A stretch of 64,000 nt of DNA from Candidatus Sumerlaeaceae bacterium (GCA_049968255.1 JBMFRB010000002.1:1-64000), one strand, 5' to 3'. Counted from the first letter of the stretch, positions 35,570 through 45,279 are shown. The notes: a model not told the origin generated them from the sequence alone. A program made the numbers and translations.

Positions 35570-36508
35570 ATGTCAGTGCGTTTGCCATATAAATTTAGTA
35601 TCGTGTCGCTAGTTTCAAAGCTTCGGTTCACTGTGGTGCTTGTTCTCGGGCTTGGCGTGGCCAGTCGCAATGCAGTCGGCCAGGAGATGGCGATCCTTGC
35701 TGCTGCACTCGATGTTTGCGCGCTCGATACAGGCTATTATGTCGCCCTCGAAGCGCTTGATGATACTTCCGACCCTCTTTCTTACCCTTCTTACAATTAC
35801 ATCGATGATCAAGGAGGTTCCTACGTCATTCGTCCGTGGGAAGGCCGTTTTTCTTCGTCACTTGTGAAGCTTGCCGATGCTGCATTTGCTTGGCGTGGCC
35901 CCTACGTGACATATCAGCCCAGCCGGACACAGCAAACCGCGGGACCTTACGACCGAGGATCCCCCCTCGACCCGTGGGGAAATCCTTATTACTTTTTCTC
36001 ACCACTTGGACTTCTCCGAGGCGACACTGGATCGGTGACCTTGGAGCTTTACGGTGACCAGTTCGACCGTTATACTTTCGTCTCCCTTGGGCCGGATGGC
36101 GTGCAAAGCAATGACGATCTTATTTATCAGTTTGGCCCAGGGCTTACCGTCCACGCAATCTCTAGCCTGCGCGGGTCTCATGTTATTCCGCTTACGGCAG
36201 GGTCGTACATGCAGTTTCTAGGGAAGGACGAAAGCATTACTCAGTATCGTGTGGCATCCGGAAGTCTACTCACGGTGCGCGGAATCAATCTTTTCGATGC
36301 TCAAGGCCACGCCACGGTTTGGTGGGGGAGTGTCGAGCTTTCTGACGTCGTCACTACTTCAGCGCGCGAGATTACGGTTCGTGTGCCGGATTCGCTACAA
36401 GGCACAAATCTGCTCAGAGTCAGGACGCCTGGCGGGGGAGAAACAAACAGCATTCGCACAGACTTTGTTATTTTTACGCCCGCATGCGACTGGATGCTCT
36501 ACGATTAG
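35570..36508 (+). CDS. Exported protein: GspG-pseudopilin-head-like domain, IPT/TIG-like domain and C-terminal DWxLYD tag
   Basis: AAALDVCALDTGYY, PLDPWGNPYYF, FVSLGPDGVQSNDD (GspG C-domain signature); LTVRGINL..ITVRVP..LRVRTPGG.TN (IPT/TIG-like). Confidence 0.65.
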   Translation: MSVRLPYKFSIVSLVSKLRFTVVLVLGLGVASRNAVGQEMAILAAALDVCALDTGYYVALEALDDTSDPLSYPSYNYIDDQGGSYVIRPWEGRFSSSLVKLADAAFAWRGPYVTYQPSRTQQTAGPYDRGSPLDPWGNPYYFFSPLGLLRGDTGSVTLELYGDQFDRYTFVSLGPDGVQSNDDLIYQFGPGLTVHAISSLRGSHVIPLTAGSYMQFLGKDESITQYRVASGSLLTVRGINLFDAQGHATVWWGSVELSDVVTTSAREITVRVPDSLQGTNLLRVRTPGGGETNSIRTDFVIFTPACDWMLYD

Positions 36509-36543
36509 TCTGGTAATCTCTTTATGATTCCCGTGTCGGTCTG

Positions 36544-37428
36544 TCACAAAAATTCGCGGACAATCTCTTCGATACTTGCCTGATGCTCACTTTTTTTTAG
36601 TGCTTTTTCGCGAATTTCTCCCACCCTATCCGCCAACGTTGGCTCCTGGCGCACATAAATGACGCCCATGGGGAAAAACCTCTCGCATTTTGCCTGAAAA
36701 GCAAGCTTCAGGGCTGCCTCGTAGTCCGAGGGATCGTAGCCTTCCGGCAGTGGCCGCGTATGAGCTTTATAATAATCACGATCCATGCTAGGATTAAACG
36801 TCACACACGGTGACAAGCAGTTGATAAAGCTCATCCCGCGGTGTCGCAGTCCCAACAGGAACATTTCTGTCATGTGATTGGGATCGTGGCTAGCCGTTTG
36901 CGCCACAAACGTTGCCCCCATGGTCAGAGCAGCCCAGATAGGTTCCACTGGTGGCTCGAAGGCACCATAAGGAGTAGACTTGGTCTTCATCCCGAGCTCG
37001 CTGGTGGGTGCCACTTGTCCCTTGGTCATGCCGTAGATCTGGTTATCCATCAGGATGTAGGTAATGTCGACGTTACGACGCATCGCGTGAAAGAAATGGT
37101 TTCCGCCAATCGCGAGAGCATCACCATCACCGCCGGTTGCAATGACAGTGATGTCCGGCCGCGCGAGTTTGAGACCTGTTGCCACTGCAAGAGCTCGACC
37201 ATGAACCGAGTGGAAACCGTAGGTGTTCATAAAAAACGGAAAACGACTTGAACAGCCGATCCCTGAAACGATGGTGATCTCTTCTTCCGGGCGTCCGTAC
37301 GCAAGCAGCGCTCTGTCAAGAGCGGCCAAGACACTGTAATCACCGCAGCCGGCGCACCAAGTTGGACGTTGGCTTCCACGGTACGTCTTTTTTCCTGGCT
37401 TGGCTGATGCAGTTGTGGTTTCACTCAT
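36544..37428 (-). CDS. korB: 2-oxoacid:ferredoxin oxidoreductase beta subunit
   Basis: WCAGCGD, VSGIGCS, HGRA, GGDGD..IGGNH, DNQIYGMTKGQ. Confidence 0.93.
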   Translation of the reverse strand: MSETTTASAKPGKKTYRGSQRPTWCAGCGDYSVLAALDRALLAYGRPEEEITIVSGIGCSSRFPFFMNTYGFHSVHGRALAVATGLKLARPDITVIATGGDGDALAIGGNHFFHAMRRNVDITYILMDNQIYGMTKGQVAPTSELGMKTKSTPYGAFEPPVEPIWAALTMGATFVAQTASHDPNHMTEMFLLGLRHRGMSFINCLSPCVTFNPSMDRDYYKAHTRPLPEGYDPSDYEAALKLAFQAKCERFFPMGVIYVRQEPTLADRVGEIREKALKKSEHQASIEEIVREFL

Positions 37429-39263
37429 TGCGAGACCTCCTGAGAAACTTTGCGGTCTAGGTGCGTAAAAATTCCGGCGCGTATATCTGCGGGCGAGAAC
37501 GGCAATCCGTCGTCTTTCGTGATACTGATGACTTTGACCTTATTCTCCAGCAGCTCTTTTGTAAAGTGTGCGCGCAGCAGTTCCGCGAATTGGGCGGTTG
37601 CGTTAAGCTCGGGAATGAAAACGGTACGAATCCCGCTTTCTAAGAAACTGCGGATAGCTACTTCTGGCAGTGGCCACAGAACATGTGGCAGAAGAGCGCG
37701 GAACCTAAGTCCCTCATTCTCGAGTTCACGAATTGTTTCTAGGGCAACCGGCGCCGTGGCGCCCCAGCTCATGAGGCCTAGCGTTGTTTCCACGCCAGTG
37801 TCGTACTTGAAAGTTGTTCCGCGAAAAGCTCGGGCGATCGCTTCCATGCGCTTCAGCCGACGGGCGACCATGCGTGAACGCATTAGGGGAGCGAAATCAG
37901 GATCGCCGAACTCATTATGTTCGAGTCCGCCGCATCGGTACATGCCTTCGGCAAATCCAGGAATCGAACGCGGCACAGGCATTCCGTCATCGGTCAACGG
38001 ATAGCGCTTGAACGGCCGCGGACCCGTCTCGGGATCCCAGAATTTCTCTTCGTAAATCTCAAGTTTTTCGAAATCCGGCGGATCAATCGTTTGCATCCGG
38101 TGGCTTAGCGATTGACTCGACAGCACGATCACGGGGATCTGGAATTTGTGCGCTACGTTGACGGCGCGGATTGTCTGAGTGAAACAGTCAGAGACTGTCT
38201 GCGGGGCAATGACGACGCGAGGGATCTCGCCATGCGAGCCGTAAGCTGCAAGGACGAGGTCACCTTGCGCTTCTTTCGTGGGCATGCCCGTCGATGGACC
38301 GGCCCGCTGTACGTCTACCACAACCACAGGGAGTTCCGCCATTCCGGCCAGGCCCAGCAATTCGATCATCAAAGAAAGCCCCGGGCCACTGGTCGCAGTC
38401 ATCGCCTTTACGCCGCCATAGGAGGCGCCGATGCACATCGCCAGCGATGCGATTTCATCCTCGGCTTGCAGCATAAGCCCTCCGACCTTGGGGAGCTGAG
38501 CTGCTAGCCACTCCATGATCTCGCTGGCCGGGGTGATGGGGTAGCCCGCGAAGAATCGCACACCGGCTGTCAGTGCTCCCAGAGCGACAGCCTCGTTGCC
38601 AGAAAGCAAAAGGCGCGCGGTGTCATCAGATGGCGGAAATGTCCGTCCCGCCACAAGTCCTTGAAACTTCGTTCCTTCTTCGTAACCCCCCCGCAGAGCG
38701 TTGCGATTTGCTGCGACAACATCAGGTCCTTTTGATGCGAACAGCTGTTCCACGGCGCTCTCAGCTGTTTCAAGATCGAGGCCGAGCAACCCAAGCAGGG
38801 CCCCCGCCGCTGCGATGTTTTTGCTTCGGGCAGTGCCAGCTTCGCTTTCGGCGATTTCTTTGAAATCAACCTCCATGACTTGGGCGTGGGCCGGAATTTC
38901 CTCGCAGCGTCCTCCAAACGGCGGATGTATGACAATCGCCCCGGGAGGCACCTTGGGCCCATTGTCCGCTACCGCCTGCCTGTTCAGTGCTACGAGAATA
39001 TCAGGTTCATTGCCTTGCGACAAAAGCGGCTCGTCCGAGATGCGCGCCTGGAACGTCACTTGTCCGCCACGCACAACTGCCAGAAACGTGCTGAATGTAT
39101 AAACTTGATAACCTAACCGCGCCGCCACCCGCGCAAAGAATTTTCCCATCGAGATGATTCCGTCGCCGGAATCACCTTCAAATCGTATGGTGAGACTCCG
39201 TTGACTGTCCGCCACAGTATGCCTCTCAACTTTTTCAGTGTGCCGTTCAGGCTTGAAAACCAC
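37425..39263 (-). CDS. korA: 2-oxoacid:ferredoxin oxidoreductase alpha subunit (gamma-alpha fusion)
   Basis: GDSGDGI, GNEAVALG, AGYPITPASE, QAEDEIA, TSGPG, QRAGPSTGMPTK. Confidence 0.92.
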   Translation of the reverse strand: MVFKPERHTEKVERHTVADSQRSLTIRFEGDSGDGIISMGKFFARVAARLGYQVYTFSTFLAVVRGGQVTFQARISDEPLLSQGNEPDILVALNRQAVADNGPKVPPGAIVIHPPFGGRCEEIPAHAQVMEVDFKEIAESEAGTARSKNIAAAGALLGLLGLDLETAESAVEQLFASKGPDVVAANRNALRGGYEEGTKFQGLVAGRTFPPSDDTARLLLSGNEAVALGALTAGVRFFAGYPITPASEIMEWLAAQLPKVGGLMLQAEDEIASLAMCIGASYGGVKAMTATSGPGLSLMIELLGLAGMAELPVVVVDVQRAGPSTGMPTKEAQGDLVLAAYGSHGEIPRVVIAPQTVSDCFTQTIRAVNVAHKFQIPVIVLSSQSLSHRMQTIDPPDFEKLEIYEEKFWDPETGPRPFKRYPLTDDGMPVPRSIPGFAEGMYRCGGLEHNEFGDPDFAPLMRSRMVARRLKRMEAIARAFRGTTFKYDTGVETTLGLMSWGATAPVALETIRELENEGLRFRALLPHVLWPLPEVAIRSFLESGIRTVFIPELNATAQFAELLRAHFTKELLENKVKVISITKDDGLPFSPADIRAGIFTHLDRKVSQEVSQ

Positions 39264-39452
39264 CCCAGGGCTCTCTTTTGCTATACCTCATGAAAAGGGC
39301 AACATTTGGCAAATCAAGAGCTGATTTGGACCAGCCGGTCATCAAGTTTGAATCTTTTTAATTTCGGCAAGCTGAAAAACGAACTCGTTTCGCGAAAGTT
39401 GTCCCTTTAGCCTGGAATTGACAAAGATGAGCGAAAGGCGGATGCTCAAATA

Positions 39453-40022
39453 ATGAGTTCCCCAGTTTTGGCTTTTACGGGTTTCGCTTTGCAGTTGTTC
39501 TCGATCTGCGTTTGGATTGGCGGACTGATTTATTTCGCGGTCATTGCCTCGCGCGTGGCGTTCCGCATCTTGGGCAATCGAAGCCTCGCCGGAGATTTTA
39601 CAGCAGCCTGCCTCCGGCGTTTTCAGGGCCTCGAGGTCACAGCAGCCTTACTTCTTCTTTGCGGCGCCGGTTTCCTCTATGTGGCGCAGATATCTTCTTT
39701 CGCTCTCTGGGTGGATGTCGCTCTTACCGTGGCCATGTTCGTCTTGTTTGCCATTTATGGTGGAATTTTTCTGCCAAAGGCCGACTCGCTGCGCCTCGCG
39801 CTTCGTGATGCTGAGATCTACGGTCGCGAATCGGAACCGGCACTCGTGCAAAGTTTTCACGAGCTACATGTCTGGTACGCCAGGCTTGCAGCTGCAAACA
39901 TTGTCTTGGGAATCGCCCTTCTTTTGGTCCTGACCTTCCTGGCCATGCAGTGTGGCCAAATGCTTTCCGGCTCTGAGTTTGACACGGTGATGTTCGGAGG
40001 AACACCGACTCCGTGGCCCTGA
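39453..40022 (+). CDS. DUF4149/TMEM205-like membrane protein
   Basis: Four hydrophobic segments, WIGG..F..AF..AG, F..LH motif. Confidence 0.65.
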   Translation: MSSPVLAFTGFALQLFSICVWIGGLIYFAVIASRVAFRILGNRSLAGDFTAACLRRFQGLEVTAALLLLCGAGFLYVAQISSFALWVDVALTVAMFVLFAIYGGIFLPKADSLRLALRDAEIYGRESEPALVQSFHELHVWYARLAAANIVLGIALLLVLTFLAMQCGQMLSGSEFDTVMFGGTPTPWP

Positions 40023-40699
40023 TTCGCGCCGAGAATCTAAAAAAAGAATATCACACGAAAACAGGAATGATCCGCGTCCTCGACGGTGTGGAACTTGAGC
40101 TCGATTGTGGGCAAATCCTGGCCATAGTCGGCCATAGCGGGTGCGGAAAAACCACGCTTCTCAATCTTCTTGGTGGCCTCGATACTCCCACTGCTGGACG
40201 CGTTTATTTCAAGGGCCGAGCTCTCGGGGACCTCGACGATACGCAATTAGCCGCCTATCGGAACAAGCACGTCGGCTACTTGTTTCAGTCCTATCTTCTT
40301 CAGCCCCGACGTCGAGCTGTCGAAAACGTTGTGCTTCCCCTGCTCCTGGCAGGTGTGTCACTGCGCGAGGCTCGCAAGCGAGCCACCTCAGCCTTGGAAG
40401 AAGTGGGGATGGATGAACTGGCGTATGCCTTAGTCGCAGAACTCTCCGGAGGGCAGTGCCAACGTGTTGCCCTTGCTCGTGCAATCGTCAACCAGCCCGA
40501 AATCCTCCTCGTGGACGAGCCAACTGGCAATCTTGACACACAGACAAGTCTCGAAATCTTTGAGCTATTGCTTGAGTACAACCGGCGTCGCAATGCAACG
40601 CTGGTCATCGTTACTCATGATCCACTCGTAGAAAAATTCCATTTACCTCTCGCAACAATTGAGGACGGCAAACTTAAGCCACATACGGGACGGGTGTAG
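40013..40699 (+). CDS. ABC transporter ATP-binding protein (LolD/MacB-like)
   Basis: GHSGCGKTT, LSGGQCQRVALARA, DEPTGNLD, VTHD. Confidence 0.92.
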   Translation: MALIRAENLKKEYHTKTGMIRVLDGVELELDCGQILAIVGHSGCGKTTLLNLLGGLDTPTAGRVYFKGRALGDLDDTQLAAYRNKHVGYLFQSYLLQPRRRAVENVVLPLLLAGVSLREARKRATSALEEVGMDELAYALVAELSGGQCQRVALARAIVNQPEILLVDEPTGNLDTQTSLEIFELLLEYNRRRNATLVIVTHDPLVEKFHLPLATIEDGKLKPHTGRV

Positions 40700-40711
40700 G
40701 GGAGAGCTGTT

Positions 40712-41572
40712 GTGTTTGATATTCTCATTCGCAATGCGACCAGCGTTGATGGTACAGGTGCGGAGCCCTTCGCAGGACACATTGCTATCGAAGGCGAAAA
40801 AATCGCTGCCGTTATAAGGCGGGACGAGTGCGGAGATCTCGATGCTTTCGAAAATGCACGAACCGTGATTGACGCGAAGGGACGCTTTGCCACGCCCCGC
40901 TTTGTTGATGTCCACGGGCACAGCGACCTAAATCTTCTCGCTTGTCCTTCAGGCGATTCAAAGCTCCGCCAAGGCGTGACCACGGAATTTGTCGGCAGCT
41001 GCGGCGAAAGCGCGTTTCCCCTCGTTGGGCCCTATCGCCAGAGCCTTGCCGTGAACTTGAAGAAACTCGGAGTAGAACCGCGCTGGTGAACTGCTGAACA
41101 GTATTTTCCTCTCCTTGATGCACTTCGGCCAGCTTACAACGTGGCGAGCTATGTCGGCCACAATGCGATTCGTGCAGCCGTCGTTGGCTACGACGCTGTG
41201 AAACCCAACGCCGAACAGCTGAACCAAATGTGCCGCGAGCTACGGGCCGCAATTGATGCAGGAGCCCTTGGTTTTTCCACTGGCCTGATATATCCGCCCG
41301 GCCTCTTTGCTGACTCTGAGGAGATGCGCCGACTGCAAGCCCAAGCAGCTCAGCGAGGCGGCTGTTATGCCTCGCATGTTCGCACCGAGGAAGATCTCCT
41401 TCTGCGAGCAGCAGATGAGTTCCTCGACATTACTGTCTCAACAAATAGCCAGGGACAGTTTAGCTATCTCAAAGCTTCAGGGTCGCGTAACTGGGGCAAA
41501 GTCGTCCATGTTCTCGACGCGTTGGAATGCGCTGTCGAACGGGGGGCGTTTTGCGCAAATCGGGTGGGTTGA
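40712..41572 (+). pseudogene. N-acyl-D-amino-acid deacylase (D-aminoacylase) pseudogene
   Basis: FDILIRNA..VDGTG, DVHGHSD, QGVTT..G.CG; in-frame TGA at 41087-41089 followed by the same-frame continuation (VGHNAIR, GFSTGLIYPPG, SHVR.E); stops at about half the usual family length. Confidence 0.8.
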
Positions 41573-41618
41573 TCAAGCAGCTTTGGCGTAATGGCCCGGC
41601 CACACAGGTCCCCTTGCG

Positions 41619-43988
41619 TCAGCTGTTGCCTTTGCCGCGACGCAAAACCTTTCGAAAAGCAGCAATGGTTTGCTCTGCTTCGGCCGAAAGCTCCACCCCA
41701 CCGTAGCGCTGCGCGTAGTACAGAAGCGTGATTTTTTCGAAAGGCTTGAGGAATTCATTCTGCGCCACACGCGAGGCAAACTCCAAAGGCGTCTCGAAGG
41801 AATCCCGAAAATATCCGCGCCGTTGCAGGGCAATAAGTAAATCTGCATAGAATCGGGGCACATCGCGAGAGCTTTGGCGACGATGCCGACGGTTGCGTCC
41901 TCCTGTGGCCTTTGCCCGATGCCCAAAAAACATGATAACGGCCACCACGATGAGTATCACTCCGATCACAACGATCAAAAAATGGCCTGCAGTAGCGAAA
42001 CTCTCCGCCAGGCTGTTAGGAGCGCTTTCGAATTGAAAAGAACGCATGGCGTTGCCGATTGCAAGGGCCGTTGCAAAGACGCCATAGGCCACCAACCGCT
42101 GATCCTGAATTGAGAAGTCGATGACCGCCCGATACCAGCGTATTTTTAGCGCATCGTAATACCGCGTAAAAGCCAAGAACAGTGGGTTCATCGAGACTGG
42201 GCGCTGAAGCGCGGCCGGAGGGGTCGGGTCAAAAGTCATCCAGCCGTAACCATCGAAAAACACCTCCACCCATGAATGGGCGTCGCGCTGACGCACCGTA
42301 AACATCCCTGCGAGGTTGTTCCACTCGGTGCTGTAGAACCCGTTGACGACGCGGCATGGAATTTCTTTGGCGCGCAGCAGCATGGCCATGGCTGTGGCGA
42401 AGTACTCGCAGTGTCCTCCTTTGCTCTCGAAGAGGAAATGTTCGATTGGGTTTTTTGCACCTGTGGGGCGAATCTCAAGCGAGTACTGATAATTGCGCCG
42501 CAGGTACGCTTCGATGGCCATGGCCTGATCGAATGGTGTTGAGGCGCCACGGGTAATTTCATTCGCAAGCCGCTCAAGTGCTTGCTTATTCATGCTCTCT
42601 GGAATTCTCAAGCAGGCCTCGCGATACGGCGGGAAAATAACCTCAGGAGTCCTCCGGTTAAACGCGCCATCTCCTCTTGAGAACTGACCTCGGTGCCCTC
42701 CACCTCTTTCAGACAGGCGCTCCGCGATCACATTGCCCGGAAGTCCGAATTCGCGCCAAACGGCCCGAAATGCAGCTGTGAGCGGGTCTGATGTGGCGGG
42801 ATCGCGGCGTACTCGACTCAAATTTCCTACCGTGCGCTGGATTCGCGCCGACGGGCGACTATATGGCAGCGGATCGTCGCGGCTGTCGAGGTCTTCCACC
42901 CGTGAAACCACAGTGTAATGAAGCTCCTTGCTTGGAGCATACGGTAGCCATGCCACCCCTGCCGACGGATCCACGAGCAGGGCTTGTTGGAAATCGAAGG
43001 ACAACAAGCTTAGCGGAAAAGTCTCTCCGAAAAGGAATTTTGAGGTGTTTGCCGGCTGAATGATCAAGCTTCTGCGCAGCGGGTACGGGCGAGTGCAAAA
43101 CATCCCAAACGGCTCGCGGTAAGTGGCCCACGACGTGCGCTGCCATCGTGTGCCGTCGAAAGTATCCAGGGCCACCCCCCGCATTCGCACTGCCGTTGGA
43201 TGAGGTCCATCATCCAGAGGTTTCACGTAGAGAGCCACGCTTGTGTCGAGCTGGATTGTGCCAAACTTTCCAAACTCGATATTCTCATCGAACGCCGAAG
43301 ACATCTGCAATGGCGGGGGCGGGCCAAGACTCTGCAAGACGCGACGGGTGGAGAGGCGAGGCACCAACATAAAAAACACTATACTTAATGAAAACATCAG
43401 TGTCCCGAGGAGGAGTGTCGGTTTGAGCAGCGCTGGTGTGTCACCGCTGACGTTTGCAGACTGTATGAGTTCAAGTTCCGGCACATTCATGCGTGTTGAA
43501 CCAGTTTGCTCAGCAACACGTTTTTGTTTCTGGGCACGCAAAACCGCAGCCACGTTTGAGTGGAGAAGAAAACAGCGAACAATGAGAAACAGATAGCCCA
43601 CAAATGCCACGCCGAACGTCGGCGAGGTGGTAAGCAACGCTGCACCAAAAATCTGGAAAAAGCTTACAACATAGATAGAGTAAGCATCCGACAAGCGCCG
43701 GAACGAAAACAGCCTGATACTCTGAAGGGCCATGAAGAAATAGACGGTTGCATTGAGAAGGTTGTGGCGCGCTAACGGCACAAGCCAGACAAAAATACCC
43801 AGTACCGCAACATCCCAGAGCCACCACGGCAATCGGCGCAAAGACCGGCGCAGCACATACGAGATGGCCGGAGCGATAAGGGCGGACGTCATTAGCCATG
43901 GGTCAAGTTCGCCTGTTGTGGCCAAGGTCAGTGTGGACCAGAAAGCGAGGAGAGCGACAGCAAATTGGAACCGGTCCCAAAGCTTCAT
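41619..43988 (-). CDS. Membrane transglutaminase-like protein (DUF3488 + TGase + DUF4129, TgpA-like)
   Basis: Multi-TM N-terminus, RGVALDTFDGTRW, catalytic GHCEYFA / AHSWVE / FDPTP, ETPLEFA. Confidence 0.88.
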   Translation of the reverse strand: MKLWDRFQFAVALLAFWSTLTLATTGELDPWLMTSALIAPAISYVLRRSLRRLPWWLWDVAVLGIFVWLVPLARHNLLNATVYFFMALQSIRLFSFRRLSDAYSIYVVSFFQIFGAALLTTSPTFGVAFVGYLFLIVRCFLLHSNVAAVLRAQKQKRVAEQTGSTRMNVPELELIQSANVSGDTPALLKPTLLLGTLMFSLSIVFFMLVPRLSTRRVLQSLGPPPPLQMSSAFDENIEFGKFGTIQLDTSVALYVKPLDDGPHPTAVRMRGVALDTFDGTRWQRTSWATYREPFGMFCTRPYPLRRSLIIQPANTSKFLFGETFPLSLLSFDFQQALLVDPSAGVAWLPYAPSKELHYTVVSRVEDLDSRDDPLPYSRPSARIQRTVGNLSRVRRDPATSDPLTAAFRAVWREFGLPGNVIAERLSERGGGHRGQFSRGDGAFNRRTPEVIFPPYREACLRIPESMNKQALERLANEITRGASTPFDQAMAIEAYLRRNYQYSLEIRPTGAKNPIEHFLFESKGGHCEYFATAMAMLLRAKEIPCRVVNGFYSTEWNNLAGMFTVRQRDAHSWVEVFFDGYGWMTFDPTPPAALQRPVSMNPLFLAFTRYYDALKIRWYRAVIDFSIQDQRLVAYGVFATALAIGNAMRSFQFESAPNSLAESFATAGHFLIVVIGVILIVVAVIMFFGHRAKATGGRNRRHRRQSSRDVPRFYADLLIALQRRGYFRDSFETPLEFASRVAQNEFLKPFEKITLLYYAQRYGGVELSAEAEQTIAAFRKVLRRGKGNS

Positions 43989-45175
43989 GATCCTGACGTC
44001 CTCACGAGTTGTGCATTGCTGATTCGCCAGGAGCGGGCATCGACCTTTTGCGTCATCATGTCCGAGGGCACAAGTGCATCATCGTCGAAATAGGCGATGT
44101 GTAGCAGATCATAGTCATGCGACAGCGGCAGACGCGATAATTTGGTATCCTGCGATCCAATCTCCACCAGCGCCAGTGCCCGCAGGAGACACTCGCGTTG
44201 TTGCTCTCCCGAAGCGGGCTTTACGTAGGCTACATCGGTAAAAAGTCCTACATCATATCCCAATTCCAGCAAATGCGCGCCGAATGAGGCGGCCACAACC
44301 ACAGCATGTTCAAAATCCTCCGCCAGTTTTTCTCTCGGCGTCGGCACGGCCGTAGGCAAATAGAGCACGATTCGCCGCTTCTGCTCATGTTCGAACTCCG
44401 CGATCATAAGTTTTCGCGCACGTGCCGTGGTGCGCCAGTGGATGCGTTTCGCCGGTTCGCCAGGGATGTACTCGCGCAATCCATACAGATCCCCGTTGAC
44501 GCCACAGCGCGCAGCGGTCATCTCTCCTTCGAGAGCAAGCAGTGCCGCTAAAGGGTCAGAGAGGCGATAAACGGGAGGAAGGATGAGTAGTTCTGCAGGT
44601 GCCGGCACCTCTAGAGAACGCTCAATAAATCCAAAAGGGAAACGTGACCGCAGGACAATGTGGCGAAACGTGACTAATCCGCGCCGGCGAAAAAAGGAGT
44701 GTACTGCGGAATAGGAGGAGATGCTTTTGCCACGCGCCGGAATGTGAAGACATGAGCAGCTGCCTACCACTGCACGCGAGTCCTTTCGGACAGCAACATC
44801 CTCAATGACCAGCGCATGAGCACCCCACCAGCGGCGCCGGTTTTCGATTTCTACGTGAATCTCCGCTTTGCTGCCGGCGACGAGCCGGCGCGGCAGTTTT
44901 CTCCGAACCTGCAGGCGATCAAGATTACGTGGCGACGCAATACCGTGCGTCAGAAAGGCTGCGATAAGAAAAGCAAAAAGATAATAAACCAGGTTTGTTC
45001 CCGAGCTTATAGCACCGTAGCCGACGACGAAGATGAGCAGGAGCGTCGCAACGCCCGATGCTGTTAGCCGGTATCGCCGAGTTGGGCGCAAAACCTCCTT
45101 CCGCGGAAAAAGGACTTTCTGCCCCCACCGCTTGACGTATGTTGTTAGGGATCCTGATGGTATTCGTCGTTTCAT
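43985..45175 (-). CDS. DUF58 family protein
   Basis: RRG..SRFPFG, GLREYIPGEP.KRIHW.TTAR..EFE, FEHAV..AAS. Confidence 0.88.
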   Translation of the reverse strand: MKRRIPSGSLTTYVKRWGQKVLFPRKEVLRPTRRYRLTASGVATLLLIFVVGYGAISSGTNLVYYLFAFLIAAFLTHGIASPRNLDRLQVRRKLPRRLVAGSKAEIHVEIENRRRWWGAHALVIEDVAVRKDSRAVVGSCSCLHIPARGKSISSYSAVHSFFRRRGLVTFRHIVLRSRFPFGFIERSLEVPAPAELLILPPVYRLSDPLAALLALEGEMTAARCGVNGDLYGLREYIPGEPAKRIHWRTTARARKLMIAEFEHEQKRRIVLYLPTAVPTPREKLAEDFEHAVVVAASFGAHLLELGYDVGLFTDVAYVKPASGEQQRECLLRALALVEIGSQDTKLSRLPLSHDYDLLHIAYFDDDALVPSDMMTQKVDARSWRISNAQLVRTSGS

Positions 45176-45279
45176 TGGCGTGGGGCTTGTCTCGTTAGCT
45201 GGACGCGTTTATAAGAGAATACGTTGCCCAAGACAATTCTACTCGCTAGCGGCAAAGGAGAAAATGGAGCCAAAAGCGT

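Noticed and set aside
41087-41110. Selenocysteine or programmed read-through at the in-frame TGA
   Set aside because: The position does not correspond to a conserved Cys, only a 4-bp stem follows, and the gene has other lesions and a truncation; all other genes use TGA as stop
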